NCBI GenBank assembly: GCA_964270895.1
Contig: OZ185439.1
Length of the DNA stretch: 64,000 nt
Source of the DNA: Podarcis filfolensis
Taxonomy: Eukaryota
Strand: one strand, 5' to 3'
Position 1 is the first letter of the stretch; each line of letters opens with the position of its first letter. The position numbers and the translations under genes were made by a program. The notes beneath the pieces were generated by a model. It did no database searches. It worked only from the letters and a program-made list of their open reading frames with translations, and was not told where the DNA came from. This document shows positions 1 through 13,500 of the stretch, piece by piece.

Positions 1-106
1 CATAGCTCTGTCCTGCAGCTGAGGGCAGCTTAAAAGACTCGGGGCACATGCCCATGACATAAAACTGCATAAAGGTAGAATGCCTCTGGGCAAATTAAGA
101 GGGTGG

Positions 107-507
107 CAGGGCCAGCTCGCCCATGAGACAAGGTGAGGCAAATGCCTCAGGTGGCCGGATCCACAGGGCAGTGGATTCAGCCTCAAAGGGATGCTGTGGT
201 GGCAGCAACAGCTATGGTGTACTCCTTGGAGGGCAGATCTGCCACCTCCTCAACAGCCCCCCCCCACATGCCACCTCTACAGTGACTAGGGAGAAAATGG
301 TGGGGGCTGCCTTCTGGGCATGATTCAGAGTGAGCTCCACCCCACACACAATGGCCTTTGATTCCCACTTCAACCGTCCAGTAAGGTTGACTTGATACTC
401 TCTATGTTCCTGATGTAGATCTTCACTCACCCTTTCTTCCCTGGTTGGTGGGGGGCACACCATTTTGTGGTTCACCTCAGGTGCTAAAATGTATTGGGCT
501 GGCCCTG
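107..507. mobile_element. Unclassified element with short terminal inverted repeats
   Basis: cagggccagctc at 107 and gggctggccctg ending 507; no TSD found. Confidence 0.4.
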
Positions 508-943
508 TCTGCTGGACCACCCCATAAGGACACCCCTGGCCAAAGATATTCTGGTTTTCTTTATTGGTGAAGAAGCAGAAGAAACAAACTGAGTAAAGTG
601 TGTCAGTCTTCCCTTGGGATTCAGGGCGGTGTGATGACTTGTATGTCACTTGAGTACTTGCCTTGTCCCATTCACTTGATGCCCCAGTGCAGTGAACTGG
701 AGTGCTTTTAGAGTGCAGGGACAAAAAGGAACCAGGAAAGATCATGGGGCAACACACATGCATGTGATTCCAGGCACATTTTACTCAATCTCTGGGAAGA
801 GGAAAATCAGAGGAGAGGGCACACTGCCTTAAAACTGTATGAGTGCCACAGGGTCCAGCTGTGGTCCTGCTAAAACCCTGTAATGTTATCCCCAAGTTGC
901 CTCCCGCAATTTATGCCTTGTTGTGTTCTCACTCTTATCATAG

Positions 944-1181
944 TGGCCAGCTCTGTGAGATTCCACCCCATGGCTCCCTCCAACCCAGCCCATGCGAGAG
1001 GGCAGAATGCCAGAATGGTGCCAACTGTGTGGAGCTAGGCAGTCGTGCCTTATGCCAGTGCCTTCCTGGCTTTGGGGGGCCCAAATGCGAGAAGCTGCTG
1101 AGTGTCAACTTTGTGGACAGGGACACGTACCTCCAGTTCACTGATCTGCAAAACTGGCCCAGCGCCAACATCACTTTGCAG
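944..1181 (+). CDS. SLIT1: SLIT1 internal coding exon (EGF-like repeat, start of laminin-G domain)
   Basis: AG acceptor 942-943, GTAAGT donor at 1182; 238 nt. Encodes (S)GQLCEIPPH...CQNGANC...[31 protein letters not shown], matching SLIT1 as I recall it. Confidence 0.96.
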
Positions 1182-1328
1182 GTAAGTGTTGATTAGCAAG
1201 GCTGCCGCCTCCGCCACCCCAAGAGCGGGCATCTGCCCACACTCTTCATCCGTGCCATTTGTGGGACTGGTTGGATTGTAGAATTAATGTTTCTGCCCCT
1301 TGCTTGTTCATTCCCTCGTTCTTTGCAG

Positions 1329-1459
1329 GTCTCCACGGCTGAAGACAATGGGATCCTCTTATATAATGGGGACACTGACCACATGGCGGTGGAGCTGTAC
1401 CAAGGCCATGTGCGCGTCAGCTATGATCCAGGCACCTACCCCAGCTCTGCCATTTACAG
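1329..1459 (+). CDS. SLIT1: SLIT1 coding exon (laminin-G domain)
   Basis: ttctttgcag acceptor, GT donor at 1460; 131 nt; [43 protein letters not shown](S); phases fit both neighbours. Not shown in frame by the ORF track. Confidence 0.96.
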
Positions 1460-1728
1460 GTAGCCCTCTGCCTTTGGCTTCTCCTTCCAGCTCAGAGTAC
1501 CCTCAGTCATTGAGCAAAGCTGCCCATTGACCATGAAGGCAAAAGGAAGGTTTCGGGGGTCTGGATCATGGGGAGTTAGTGCATAAGTGACAAGGAACAC
1601 AAGGCAAAGTGGATACGGGTGCTGCACTTCCATGCTGGATGGGTCCAGATGGCTGTGGATGCCAGATATCAGGCCAAAGGTTGGGTGCCACCAGCCTTTC
1701 CCATCCCACACCTCCCTTCTCTCCCTAG

Positions 1729-1883
1729 TGCAGAGACCATCAATGACGGGCAGTTCCACACTGTAGAGCTGGTGACCTTTGAGCGGATGGTAAACCTCTC
1801 CATCGATGGAGGAGACCCCATGACCATGGACGGCTTTGGCAAGGCCCACACGCTGAACTCTGAGGCTCCACTCTATGTTGGGG
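1729..1883 (+). CDS. SLIT1: SLIT1 coding exon (laminin-G domain)
   Basis: ctccctag acceptor, GT donor at 1884; 155 nt; (S)[51 protein letters not shown](G). Confidence 0.96.
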
Positions 1884-2315
1884 GTAGGACTGTGACTTGG
1901 GCCCAGTCCAGTTGGGGAGAAGGGGGTGAGAGAGGCTGGTATCTCTGTCACCTACATACTTGCACCTGGAGGGCACTAACTGAATGGAGAACTCCTTCAC
2001 TCTTCTTCGCTCACGTCCATTGGATAGTAGTGATGCAAGAGGAACGTTTCTGTTCTCCTCTCCAGGGTGGGGTGTCTGAGCTCATACTGCAGGGCACTAA
2101 GAGCCACGTGCCAAACTGAGGAGGAGTGACGGGTGCTGTGGCAGTGGGGAGAGGGGAGAGAAATGGAAGAAGGTGGCTCTTAACATTCCACACAGCATTC
2201 CAGAATAAGGAATGTTCTTTTCCTTCCACCAGCACCATCTTTCTTTGCCCCAGGACCTTGCTCTTCCCTCCTCTTCCCATCCCTTACCTTGCTGTTCTGG
2301 CTCTCCCCTTCGCAG

Positions 2316-2604
2316 GGATGCCCGTGGATGTGAACTCTGCCGCCTTCCGCCTCTGGCAGATCCTGAATGGCTCCAGCTTCCATGGCTGCATCCGCAACCT
2401 CTACATCAACAACGAGCTGCAGGACTTCACTAAGACGCAGATGAAGCCGGGGGTGGTGCCTGGGTGTGAGCCTTGCCGCAAGCTCTACTGCCTGCATGGC
2501 ATTTGCCAACCCAACACCCCTCATGGCCCCATTTGCCACTGTGATCCAGGCTGGGTCGGGCCCCATTGCGACCAGCCCGTTAGCAACCCCTGCCAGGGCC
2601 ACAA
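2316..2604 (+). CDS. SLIT1: SLIT1 coding exon (end of laminin-G, EGF repeat)
   Basis: cttcgcag acceptor, GTGAGT donor at 2605; 289 nt; (G)[18 protein letters not shown]...[11 protein letters not shown]...PCQGH(K). Confidence 0.96.
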
Positions 2605-3051
2605 GTGAGTACACAGCAGCAGAATCCACCCTTTCCTTGTGGGCTTCTTCTCTCACCGCAGTGCTGTGTGCAAGATGGAGAGCGTGTGGGGAGGGATTGC
2701 AGCTCAGTGGTGGACCATGTGCTTTTCACGCAGAAGGGGCCAAGTTCAATCCCTAGCATTTCCACTTTGAAAGGATCAGGAGTGACCTCTGGCTCAGACC
2801 CTACAGAGCCACTGCCTGTCAGAGCAGACAGTTTTGGGCTAGATGCACCCATAGTCTGACCTGGTAGAAGGCAGCTCCCTGTGTTCCTAAGTGTGACTGG
2901 AACTGCATCTTGTGGGCTCTGATGGGCAGTATTTTGCTTCTCCTGTTTGCTCATCTCTGATGAGGCAGGGCAGACAGGGCATTTATGACTGAAGCAACAA
3001 AAACAGAAATTAGTTCCCTCTAAAGCCCAGCACAAGGGACGCCCAGCACAA

Positions 3052-3416
3052 GGGACGCGGGTGGCGCTGTGGGTAAAACCTCAGTGCCTAGGACTTGCCG
3101 ATCGCATGGTCGGCAGTTCAAATCCCCGCGGCGGGGTGAGCGCCCGTCGTTCGGTCCCAGCTCCTGCCCACCTAGCAGTTCGAAAGCACCCTTCAGTGCA
3201 AGTAGATAAATAGGTACCGCTTTATAGCAGGAAGGTAAACGGCATTTCCGTGTGCTGCTCTGGTGCTGGCTCGCCAGAGCAGCTTCGTCACGCTGGCCAC
3301 GTGACCCGGAAGTGTCTGCAGACAGCGCTGGCTCCCGGCCTCTTAAGTGAGAGGGGCGCACAACCCTAGAGTCTGTCAAGACTGGCCCGTATGGGCAGGG
3401 GTACCTTTACCTTTAC
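3052..3416 (+). mobile_element. Sauria SINE, full length, in a SLIT1 intron
   Basis: tRNA-like head with A box (TGGCGCTGTGG) and B box (AGTTCAAATCC), (ACCTTT)n tail, 14-bp TSD taaagcccagYaca at 3021-3034 and 3418-3431. Confidence 0.92.
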
Positions 3417-3740
3417 TTAAAGCCCAGTACAGGGGCATAGGTTTGGGAACAGCGTTCAAGAACAACAGCACATACCAAATGCCAACTCCTCCTTCACCTT
3501 TAAAGCAGCCTCAATAAAGCTGTACTTGTGTGTTTGGAGGATAAGGAAAGTTGAGGAGTCAGTGAGAACGCTCCTCCTCTCTCACTTCTTTGCATTCCTA
3601 AGATGATGTTGGAGAAGCCAGGGTGCACAGAGAATCTTGCAGGTCCTTCCTATGTTAAATGATGCTTCTAGAAGATGGTGGCCTAACTGCAACCTTTTGA
3701 ATTCACCTATATTTAGCTTTATGTTTCACTCATTCTACAG

Positions 3741-3952
3741 GTGCGTCCATGGAATCTGCATGCCCCTTGATGCCCTCTCCTATAGTTGCCAGTGTCAGGA
3801 TGGCTACAAGGGAGCCTTGTGCAACCAGCAAGGGGAACTCCACAACCCATGCAAGAGCTTGCAGTGTGTTCATGGTCAGTGCCAGATCTCAGACACAGGC
3901 GAGGCCTTCTGTGAATGCAACGGGGGATTTGATGGCGACCTCTGTGACCAAG
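3741..3952 (+). CDS. SLIT1: SLIT1 coding exon (two EGF repeats)
   Basis: ttctacag acceptor, GT donor at 3953; 212 nt; (K)[29 protein letters not shown]...DLCDQ(E). Confidence 0.96.
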
Positions 3953-4635
3953 GTCAGGCACCTCTCCCTTTATTCCTTACATTCCCATGTGCCCCATAGC
4001 TAAGGACCCCTGAGGGCCCTCCCCTGATAAGACGCTTGGGCCTCTACCTAAGCTGCCAGTATTGTGTTCAGCCAGGTATGCCCACCGTGGGCAGAAGAAA
4101 CCCCAGCCAGGGCGTCCTTAGATGCGATTTCTTGCCCAGCCTCTTCCCCTAGTAAGTTTTCTAGCAACTGTAGACCCCCATCCCTTCTGTTGCACTGGCT
4201 ATAAATGGGAATTTGAAATTCCATGGTCCCACAGAACAGCCAGTGTTGTACATCCCAGTACAATACCATTGTACTCTTCTTCCAGACACTATGGCCACAA
4301 CTTTGGTAAGGGAGCATGAGCAACTGAGCCACAAATTCATGATTCCCCACCCCCCCACCCCCCCGTCCTGCCTCTCTGTCCTCTCCTTCCATTGACAAAA
4401 AGCAAGACCAGTTTCGCAGGACCCCCAGCCAACCAGATAAGGGACAGATAAGATTTTTTTCTATCTGTCCCTAACCATTCAGAAGGCAAGATCATTCGTC
4501 ATAGTATGCTTATACATACTAGAATGCCCAGTTTTTTGAGTTGACCTTTACCAGAACCCCAAGCATAATGTCTAATGAAGGCTTTCGCAGAGGAGCCTCC
4601 TTGCCTGACTTCCCTCTTCCTAATGTTTTCCCTAG

Positions 4636-4874
4636 AGTCGGAGTGTCGGGGTGAGGCTGTGCGAGACTTCCACCAGGTCCAGCGAGGCTATGCCATTTGC
4701 CAGACAACCCGGCCGGTCTCCTGGGTGGAGTGCCGGGGATCGTGCCCAGGGCCAGGATGCTGCGCAGGACTGCGCCTCAAGCGCAGGAAATACACCTTTG
4801 AGTGCAGCGATGGCTCTTCCTTTGTGGAGGAGGTGGAAAAACCCAGCAAATGCGGCTGTTCCCAGTGCATGTAG
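4636..4874 (+). CDS. SLIT1: SLIT1 terminal coding exon (C-terminal cystine knot)
   Basis: ttttccctag acceptor; (E)[36 protein letters not shown]...KCGCSQCM, stop TAG 4872-4874. All six exons join in one continuous frame. Confidence 0.96.
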
Positions 4875-6255
4875 CCTCCAGCAAGGGACAGGCCGGAGCC
4901 AGAGACAAGTGGGCCAGGCCTGCCCTGACAGAGGCCTTGGGAACACCCTTGCCATCTCCTCTTGCCCCTGTTGCTGCTTGGAAGAGGGGTGGGGCAGGGC
5001 TCTCAGTTTGGCAACGGAGCATCTCCTTTGGCATGGTGACAATGGCTCTTCTGGATGGACCAGACAAAGGTGTAGATAGAAGACTTTTGCTGGGAAATCC
5101 AGCCCAACAGATGTATTTATATCCAGCACAGACTCTATCTGGGGCCACTACTTGTGCACAATACAGATTCTTAGCAAGCCTGGCCATGCCTGTTTGTTTT
5201 GCCCAGTGTGGTGCCCTGAGAGGCCATGTCCACAGCTCATGCCTAGACACGGGATCCTGCCATTTCATATCTTGTCATTTTACCTGGTGTTAGACCCTGC
5301 TATCCTGCACCATGTCTGTCTTTCCCCCCCTTTTCTTTTGGCAGTTTTGCTTTTTCTCTTGTTGAACACCCACCTGTTCCTATTCCTACTGGCTGCTTGT
5401 TGCAACCTCATCTTCTGTTTATAGGACTAAATTGCAAGTAATGCAGAGGCAGCACCCGGGCAAAGGCAGGAGGATTGTGTGCTGCAGAAATAGCAAAGAT
5501 AAAATCCCTTAGGTGAATGGGAAGCGTTTGTATGAACAGTTGCCTCCTATACCGGACGGTTGCAAGGTAATGGTATTTAAAAACAGCTTAACCTTGGAGC
5601 TGCAGTCTTGTCTCAACTAATAGCAAAAAGGAGCCACACTTGCTCCACATTGAATGATCCACCAGCATTAATAGGACTTATCACCACTTCCCTAATTTTG
5701 AAATCCTATACTCACTTAGCTGGGAGTAAGCACCATTGAATACAATGAGACTTAACTGCCAAGTAAGCATGTGTAGGATCTTGTTGCATGAGGGCTGGAG
5801 AAACCTTGGCTAGCAGTCTTCCAGTTGTACCTCTGCTGGATGGGACAGGGAGACTTTCATGTCCCCAGTTATAAAGCCAGCCATCTCCATGATTTGAGGG
5901 CAGCAACAGGGACAGATGTAGTTTTCTCTGATTCTGCCTATATCACTGCCTTTCTACACCGCAAAAATCAGTCTCCTGCCCAGATGCCATCTGGTTTGCT
6001 GTAATGAAAAGTCTGGATATTTTCAGAGTGGTGCCTGTTCTGCAACCCAATGTCTGTGAACTCGAGAATAATCATTTTCATACCCATCATGCTCACTTTC
6101 ACCTGCCTTTTAGAACGGGAGGGGGGGAATGAATTGCATGTGTCTCTTGCACTCAGTTTACTGTAGCATTACTCCTCATACACCAGGCCCACCCACAAAG
6201 TACCATTGCCCTCTTGTAATGGGTTGTGGGGTTGGGTATATCCGCCACCGCCTGC

Positions 6256-6261
6256 AATAAA
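6256..6261 (+). terminator. Candidate SLIT1 polyadenylation signal
   Basis: AATAAA about 1.4 kb after the SLIT1 stop. Other AATAAA copies lie downstream, so usage cannot be decided from sequence. Confidence 0.3.
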
Positions 6262-7582
6262 TGCTGACGCACAGGCTTCCAAAGCAAGTGCTATAGATTA
6301 TTTGCTCAGGTGGGGTTAGGCCTGGGCCACAGCATCAGAAGAAATAAGATGGCTCTTTAAGATCTAGGCAGTTAAAATAAACTAAGCTGACAGTACCTTC
6401 TCTTGCTATGTTTCCAAATCCCTGTTTGATAGAGTTTTTATGCTAGACCCTGGACAATAGAGCTGCAAATTGGTCAAAGACACTTTTGATCTAACTTATT
6501 CTTGCAGAGAAAAAGTAGTTTGCACTTATCACCACTAGCTACTGACCAATAATTAGAAGTAAAACCATTAGAGTTGCGGGGGGTGGGGTGGGGGGAGGAA
6601 CACCAAGCCAGATTCCTTCAAATTCTGCACATGAAAAGTTAATCTCTCTGATCTATATGCACTATGTTAATTAAGCAAATCTGAAGATTATTTGCAGAGT
6701 TTGCTCTGCTTCTCTTGGTTGGGAGGAGAACAGAAATAGCACACAGAAGCTGCCATGTCCCAACCACTGGAAATGCTACTTACCCAGCCTGGGTATTTGA
6801 GACTTCCATCAGACAGAGGCTTTAAAGTGTGTAGGAGACACTTGAAGGCTTGAAACAACTTTGTTCAAAAAAAATCGAGATGATGTTCTCAGGATGCAGA
6901 ATTTTCACCCAGTAGTCATGCCAGAATCCAGTTGCTGAGAAACAACGTGCTCTCCGGTACAAGCCTGGAGGCCTTGGCTGTACATGTGTTCTTGTTTCCA
7001 GGGCAACCTCAGCCAGATGCTTGTTCCCTGAAACTTACGGATCATGTTTCCTATGGTGGGGGGAAGTTTCCCTCCTAAAAGGTAGAGCTACTTGCCTGGA
7101 AGCATCTGGTACATGTAATCTCAAGGTTGCAGGTTTCTAGGAGGTACATTGGATATGGGAGAAATAAAAGGGTAGCATCTCAGGATACCCCCTAGTATAA
7201 AACAATTGGTTATTAGAAGCACAGGTTTTCAACTATATATATTATGGGTAAAATCAGCAGCAAGGAGGCTATCCTTTGCTCCTGCAGAGAATCAAATGGA
7301 TGGCTAGTTGCAGGGGCTTCTACAGGGGCTCCCACCTTGTATCTCTGTGTGTGCTAGTCATGCAGAACCTGCTAACTCTTCCATTGCTGCAGGTTAGGAG
7401 ACAGAAACTACATGACAGCAGGGCATAAGTTGCCTTGCTAGTACTAAAAGCCTTGACTGGTGACTTTTGCAGACAGGTACAGCATGAAACTCTGTTAACA
7501 TAACAGGATCTGCGGGGCCATTTAAATCTGCAGCCATTCTTTCATATTCTGGTTTTGCCATCTTAAGTATTTTTCATTTCTA

Positions 7583-7588
7583 TTTATT
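7583..7588 (-). terminator. Candidate distal polyadenylation signal of the PALI1 isoform
   Basis: AATAAA on - strand at the end of an AU-rich UTR-like block, about 10 kb after the PALI1 stop; similar to the human UTR length as I recall it. Confidence 0.4.
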
Positions 7589-10500
7589 ATAGAAACCTCA
7601 AGAATGTTAAATGTATTTTTCTTCACACTGAGAATGTGCAGCTTTTAAACTTCCATTTGTAAGGTTCCTAAAGAAGTTCAATTACACAAAATAAACTAAT
7701 TAGGGTTTTTGGAATTTCTTATGACTTCACATTTCCGATTATAGCCATTACACATATCAAACGGAAAGTATCTTATGTCTGATTTTTTTAAAACTGTGCC
7801 TGCCACTGCAGTCCATACTTTGGTAATAAAGTAGATTATATTGGGTATTGTTTGGTAGCCATATGCTGCAGAGGGCAATGCTTGATGTTCACTGTTCATT
7901 TTGTCCATCATGTACCAAAGTAAGTTTGCACTTGCAATGTTATCTCAACCAAGTGGCAACACCTTCCACTTATCACCATACTTGAATGAAGATTGTACCA
8001 AGCTTTTGCTTGTTCACTGCTGGCTTTGAACCTCCCAGTGATCAGAACAAAGTGTTTTGGTGCCTACAGGGAGGGTAGCATCAAAAACCCAATTGGTGCA
8101 ACCTTCAGGGGCAGCTCATGGAAAGGGCACTCAGCAATTGTGTGAAATGATGTCTTTTGTCACCTGTTGTAAGCTAACAGCTGAAGTAGGTCTTTATACA
8201 TAATACTTAGATTCTTACATATATTAATATATTTGTATTTGGTATAGTATTTTTCTATGCTGTAAGGATGTCAGACAGCATTTCTCTGTTCTTGGCAGGT
8301 GCTTCTCTGTCAGATGAAAACCGGCATCATTGGTTTTAGTAACTGAGGTTTGTGATTCTTGCCACGCTTTTAACGATCTGAGTTTATGATGACTCAAGTG
8401 AGGGAACTCAAAATTGTCCCTCCTTTAGAAACAGCAGAATTGATTTAGTTGTTTTTTTAAAACTACCAATGTTGTCGTCCATGTGAACATGACATTCATT
8501 TAGCCACGTGGCTGGTCTTTTCTTTCCCCATAGAAAAATATAATAGGCTTGTCTCCCTCTCCCAGAACAATGGCCCAAATTAAACCTGCTGTTATTCAGT
8601 TTTCTCAGAAAAGGAAATTAGAGGGTCACTTCAATACAGGTCACGGCACTTTTCTTTTTTTCAACAATCACACTTGAGAAGGGGGCAGTCATCTCCTTCA
8701 GTTCTGTACTCTAGGAAAGTACTTGGTCCACAGCTTAAACACACCAAATTTTGCTCCTTAAGCAGCACTTGGACATAAAACAAACCACTAACTTGCAAAA
8801 ATTAGGATTGGGTTTTAAAAGCCCCACTTCTGACAGGCTTAAACAACCCTTGGACCTTAGGCATGTAAGAGGAAGTGTGGCACTGACATGGGATTGGTTG
8901 TTTCTGAGGTAGCTGGACCTGTTTCAGACTTGTACTTGAGCTTCTAGGTGCTGCTGCCACCAACTGATTTTATCCAAATTCTCCTGTACCTCACAAATGA
9001 GAGGCTGGGTAGTAGCTTGCTCAGGAGAAGTCGGACACATTGAGCTACACCTTTGCTCTTGTATAGCCAGTGTGTGGCAATTAGGTAGGTGCAACCACAC
9101 CTGGCTGGCAATAGTGCCAAATAGTGCCTCCTCACATGCACCAACAATGTAGTATCGAACCCAGCCTAAGCATGAAGAGCCAAGCACAGAGAAATGGATC
9201 AACTAGGAGAGGAAGACTGGTGTCAAAAACAGTGCAGTGCCTACCTCTGCTGAAGCTAGGGCAATGACCAGGCTCTGAAGTTCCTACCCAAACTTTCTGT
9301 TTTCTTTTGGAGAGCCAGCCTGCTATAGACCAGGTCAAAGACAACACTCACATGGGAGTGGTAGCTAACAAGGCAATCTTTCCATCTTCCAACAGTTCAT
9401 TGTTTGGTGACATCCTTCACAATTGTGTATATGTCTTGATAACCTCCAAAAGCAGCAGTTGAGATGGCTCATCAACATGTCTTTGCACATCAAACTATAT
9501 CACACCACACCAATACTGATATAAAAGAAATGTTTAATAAGCGGCAATAAAGACTCCTTAGGGCACGCAGAGTACATACACAATGCATAAAGAGGAAGAA
9601 GAAACATGGAAAGAGGCAGAGGTCTAAGCCTCTCCTGCAGCCCCACAGTCTGTAACAAGAATGCGTTCTCTTCCACTGGTGAGTTAATGAAGCACACAGA
9701 AAAATCATGGAGCTGTCACAAAAGTAATGGCAAAGATTCAATACAATTTCCATGGTAAAGTAGCCCTAAGAGTTGTAGGTGTGTCAAACGGGTAGGAAGC
9801 CACTGAACAGAACCTTTATTTTTATATACATTTTCAAATGTTACTCAGGTGAGGTATATAAATATTACCTAATGACACATTTTACCAACAATTCACAGCA
9901 GACACGCTCTTCTTCTAAAGTCACAGCATTTCCCAGGGCCCTGAAGGGAATGAGGCTCCAACTTAAGCCTTCAAATACCCAACTCATGATCACACACTGG
10001 GTTTGGGTGATGTGCACAGTACCAGACCTGAGGGAAGGGGAATAGAGAGAATAGACCCCCCCAACACACACATTTGGTTCATCAAAATTGGGAAGATAGG
10101 AGTCTCTTAGACACAGCAAGTAAAAATACCTGTGCAACACAGAGTGAAGAATGAACTGACTATAAATCAACACAGGAAGTGCAGAACACACCTGCAGTCT
10201 TGTTGAGTGCTGTGCAACACACTGATAGAGGTTCATTCAACTGGGCAGGAGGTTATCCTAAACTTCAAGAATGCCCTTGTGGAAAGGTTGCAAGTCTACC
10301 CCCCCCACCTCGTTTAACAACTTCATCTGAGAATTGAGGACTTTTACAATGGATATAGGCAGGGCTGAAGCTTTTCAGATGGCAGAAGGAGGGTGCAAGC
10401 AAAGCAACAAGTTTTATGGAGCTCCATTAGGAAGCTGCATTGCCATGTTTTCCATAGAAAGAAGAGAGGGGTGCTGGGTGGGAATTCTGAATGGCCAAGA

Positions 10501-13500
10501 CAAACAAGAAGAAACAAGCCCTTAGGAACTTCCACACAAGCCTAACTTTAAAAAGTATGAGATAATCACAAAAGAGACATTCAAAATAAGACTAATACAA
10601 CACAGGAGGGAGCAGAGAGCATAGAAATACTTAATGGTCCAAAGTAATAAAATAAAATAAATTCAGGGAGACAGAGAGAGTAAAAAATGGGGCCCTGGAC
10701 TCTTCACAGCAGCTGGAAACATGGGAAATGATGAATGATTGGCTTAATCTAAAAAAAGGGGGGGATGAGCACAGGAAACATCAAACACACAACACAAGAG
10801 GTGCTGGTTAGATTACAAGAGTCAGCTATAAATGATGCTTAGAAGGCACCATCACTTCCTCCATGTATGCCACTGGCATTTCTTCCATCCTATCCCCAGC
10901 AAGAGCTCCCCTTAATTCAGTATCCCTGAGTCCACCTGCCCAGGTGAATAAGCATGCAGAGATGTTGAAGCAAAATATGTCTCTTTCTCTATGTGGCAAG
11001 GCCAGTGAAGAAGGGCAGTCTTCAATGAGATGTGCACACACATTTACATAAATATCCCCATAAGGACTTAAACATTAATTTGTCACTGAAAACATTATTA
11101 CTAAAAATTCTTATTGCTCACATGTACTGTCCCCAAAGATGCACGCGACAAGGCGGGCTGCGCAGAACTGTACTTTGACTCGCTTCCACAGAAAATGAGG
11201 TTTCAGATAACCCATGTAATGCTTTTACTCGGTTTAGGCCCAGTTCTAAGTAATGTCGTAAGCCAGGGCCTGGGCTGTTTCACTTCGGATTGCAGGCGAG
11301 AGCTCACATGATTGAACACTCTTTCATATGAAAACATTCTCCCACATGCAAAAGCTAACATATCAGGGAGGATAGGCTAAAACAATTCGCCCCAATAGCT
11401 TGCTTTCTATGTGAAAGGGCTTTTAAATATGGGGTATTCAATTATGTAAGTGTCATTAATATTCATTTGTCTATTCTGGGTATAGCCCAAATGCAACTTC
11501 AGTGGGAACTCAGTCCTTGATTTTGCAGCATAAACTCCAGACCAGATGCCAGTCCTTGCCCCCCCCCCAATGTCCAATTATTTTTGCAGTAGGAACCCCC
11601 CACCCACCCAAAAAACCATACTACCGGTACATTGCAAACCAACAGCACACCCAAGACTTATTAGCACAAAGTACAGGAAATAAATATTTTAAAACTATTT
11701 ACAGTATTCTTCTAGTTTTTGTGACCACCCAGGAAGAAAAGGCAGCAATTACCCTGCACCTAGGAAAGCATTACAACCGCTAGCTGGATGCTATGTTAAC
11801 ACAGCACCTACTATATATATTTATATATAAACACACATATACATATATGTATATATTCACATTGCATTTTAAAGTCACACACAAAAAGCAGATCCTTAAA
11901 AAACCTTTGATAAGCATTACAGTGTAAAAAGACCCACTTAGGTAAAAGGTCATACACGGGTAACAAAACCCATTCAGACTCCACTCATTTCCACTATTTC
12001 TGTGAGAAACAATTCTTAGGGCGACACTTCAAGAGGGAAGGGTTTTTAAGAAGAGGCCAGAGTCTCCTCTACCTGCAAACCAGAGCTCCTGAGTTCATCT
12101 TAGACTAGATAGGGAATTTTTCAGCGACCTAGCTGAATGGGGGTGGTTTGGAAATACAAAAGAAACTGAGAACAGGAGAGCAAGAAGAAGGCTTAGGAAA
12201 GAACATACAAGTGTCTCTTCATTGAGATTATCTGTGCCAGGAAGATGCCGCATGGAGATTATTTCTGTGCAGGAAAATAGCATGCATGAAGTGGCCCGAG
12301 GCAGTTTAACCCCTCAAAACCCCCTATGATCATATATGGGGCCTTTCAGGAACACAGGGACCTCGCCCAGATAGCGCCATTCCATGAAATTCAAGAGCTA
12401 GGCAGAGCTAGATCAGGTGTGCATGTAGCAGGGAAGGGAGCAGTGGCAGACGAAGTCCAAGCAAGGGCAGAGGTGGGATGTGTGAAAGACTAGGGAGGCA
12501 CTGGTTTGTAGGCCATTGCATAGCATCATCAAATATCTCTTATCTGCATATTTGTTTCTATTTGGTGGGCATGTGGGAACTGAGTGAAGAGGGTTATATT
12601 TATAGCAACATTTTCAGAGGCACTCACAGATTTAATGAAGTCCCTTTTCAATTTGTGGAGGAATTCAACGTAGCACTAAGGAGATTATTCTGTCAACACA
12701 AGCATTTCAGTTTTCCAGAAGGAACAATCGCCCTTCTCCCTCCTCCGCTTGCTGTCAATTACCCTGACACACAGCCCGGAGCCAATTTGGGAGGCAGGGA
12801 GGAGAGGGGCTAAAAGCCCTGTTGCGCTCACAGAAGACCTTGTGCTGGCTCCTGCTAGTGGGACTCAATAGTTGAATCCAGCCCAATACTTTGCATTTCC
12901 CTTTGGCGCAAGTTAATTCCCCATTGCTCTGCTGTGCTTCCTGGTGATGAGGAAGAGTGGAACCAACACTGATTTCTGCAACAAAAAGAGAAGCGAGGTA
13001 CTGGCTACCATCTTTAAAGAGGACAAAGGCAGAAGACTGTCTTATCAAAGCCTCTGCCAAGCTAGTGTCATCTAGAAGTTTTGGCTAGGGCAGATAGGAG
13101 CTGCAGTCCAAAATATTTGGTGGGCAGCAGGCTGGCAAAGGCTGCCTTATCACATGAGGCTACAAATGGAACAAGGAAATGACTCTGGAGAGAAAAAGAT
13201 CTTTTCAGCAGCTTCTGGTTTAGAAGATGAATAGGAATAATTGGCCAGGATGTTGCAGCTCATAATAATAATAAATGATTAGTGATAAGCCTCAGTAACA
13301 GTTTTGTGCAGCTTAAATATTCCCCAGACATAGAATGGGAAAAGGGAGATATCATCATTATTCTTACTACTACAAAGCAAAACCCTATGCATAGTGACAG
13401 TAATAATGTCAGGAGGAAAGAGCCATAAATAGCATTCCTGCAGGAGCCACCCAGAAGCTATGACAGAGGAACTGTCCAGAGCTAAAGTTGCTACAAAAGT

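Noticed and set aside
212-763. 183-aa - strand ORF
   Set aside because: Lies in a SLIT1 intron, overlaps a TIR element, and has no recognisable motif.
3020-3379. Similar ORFs here and at 31512-31712 suggesting a duplicated gene
   Set aside because: Both are antisense readings of Sauria SINE copies.
8380-8450. ATGATGA resembling a snoRNA C box
   Set aside because: No matching downstream CTGA D box or terminal stem.
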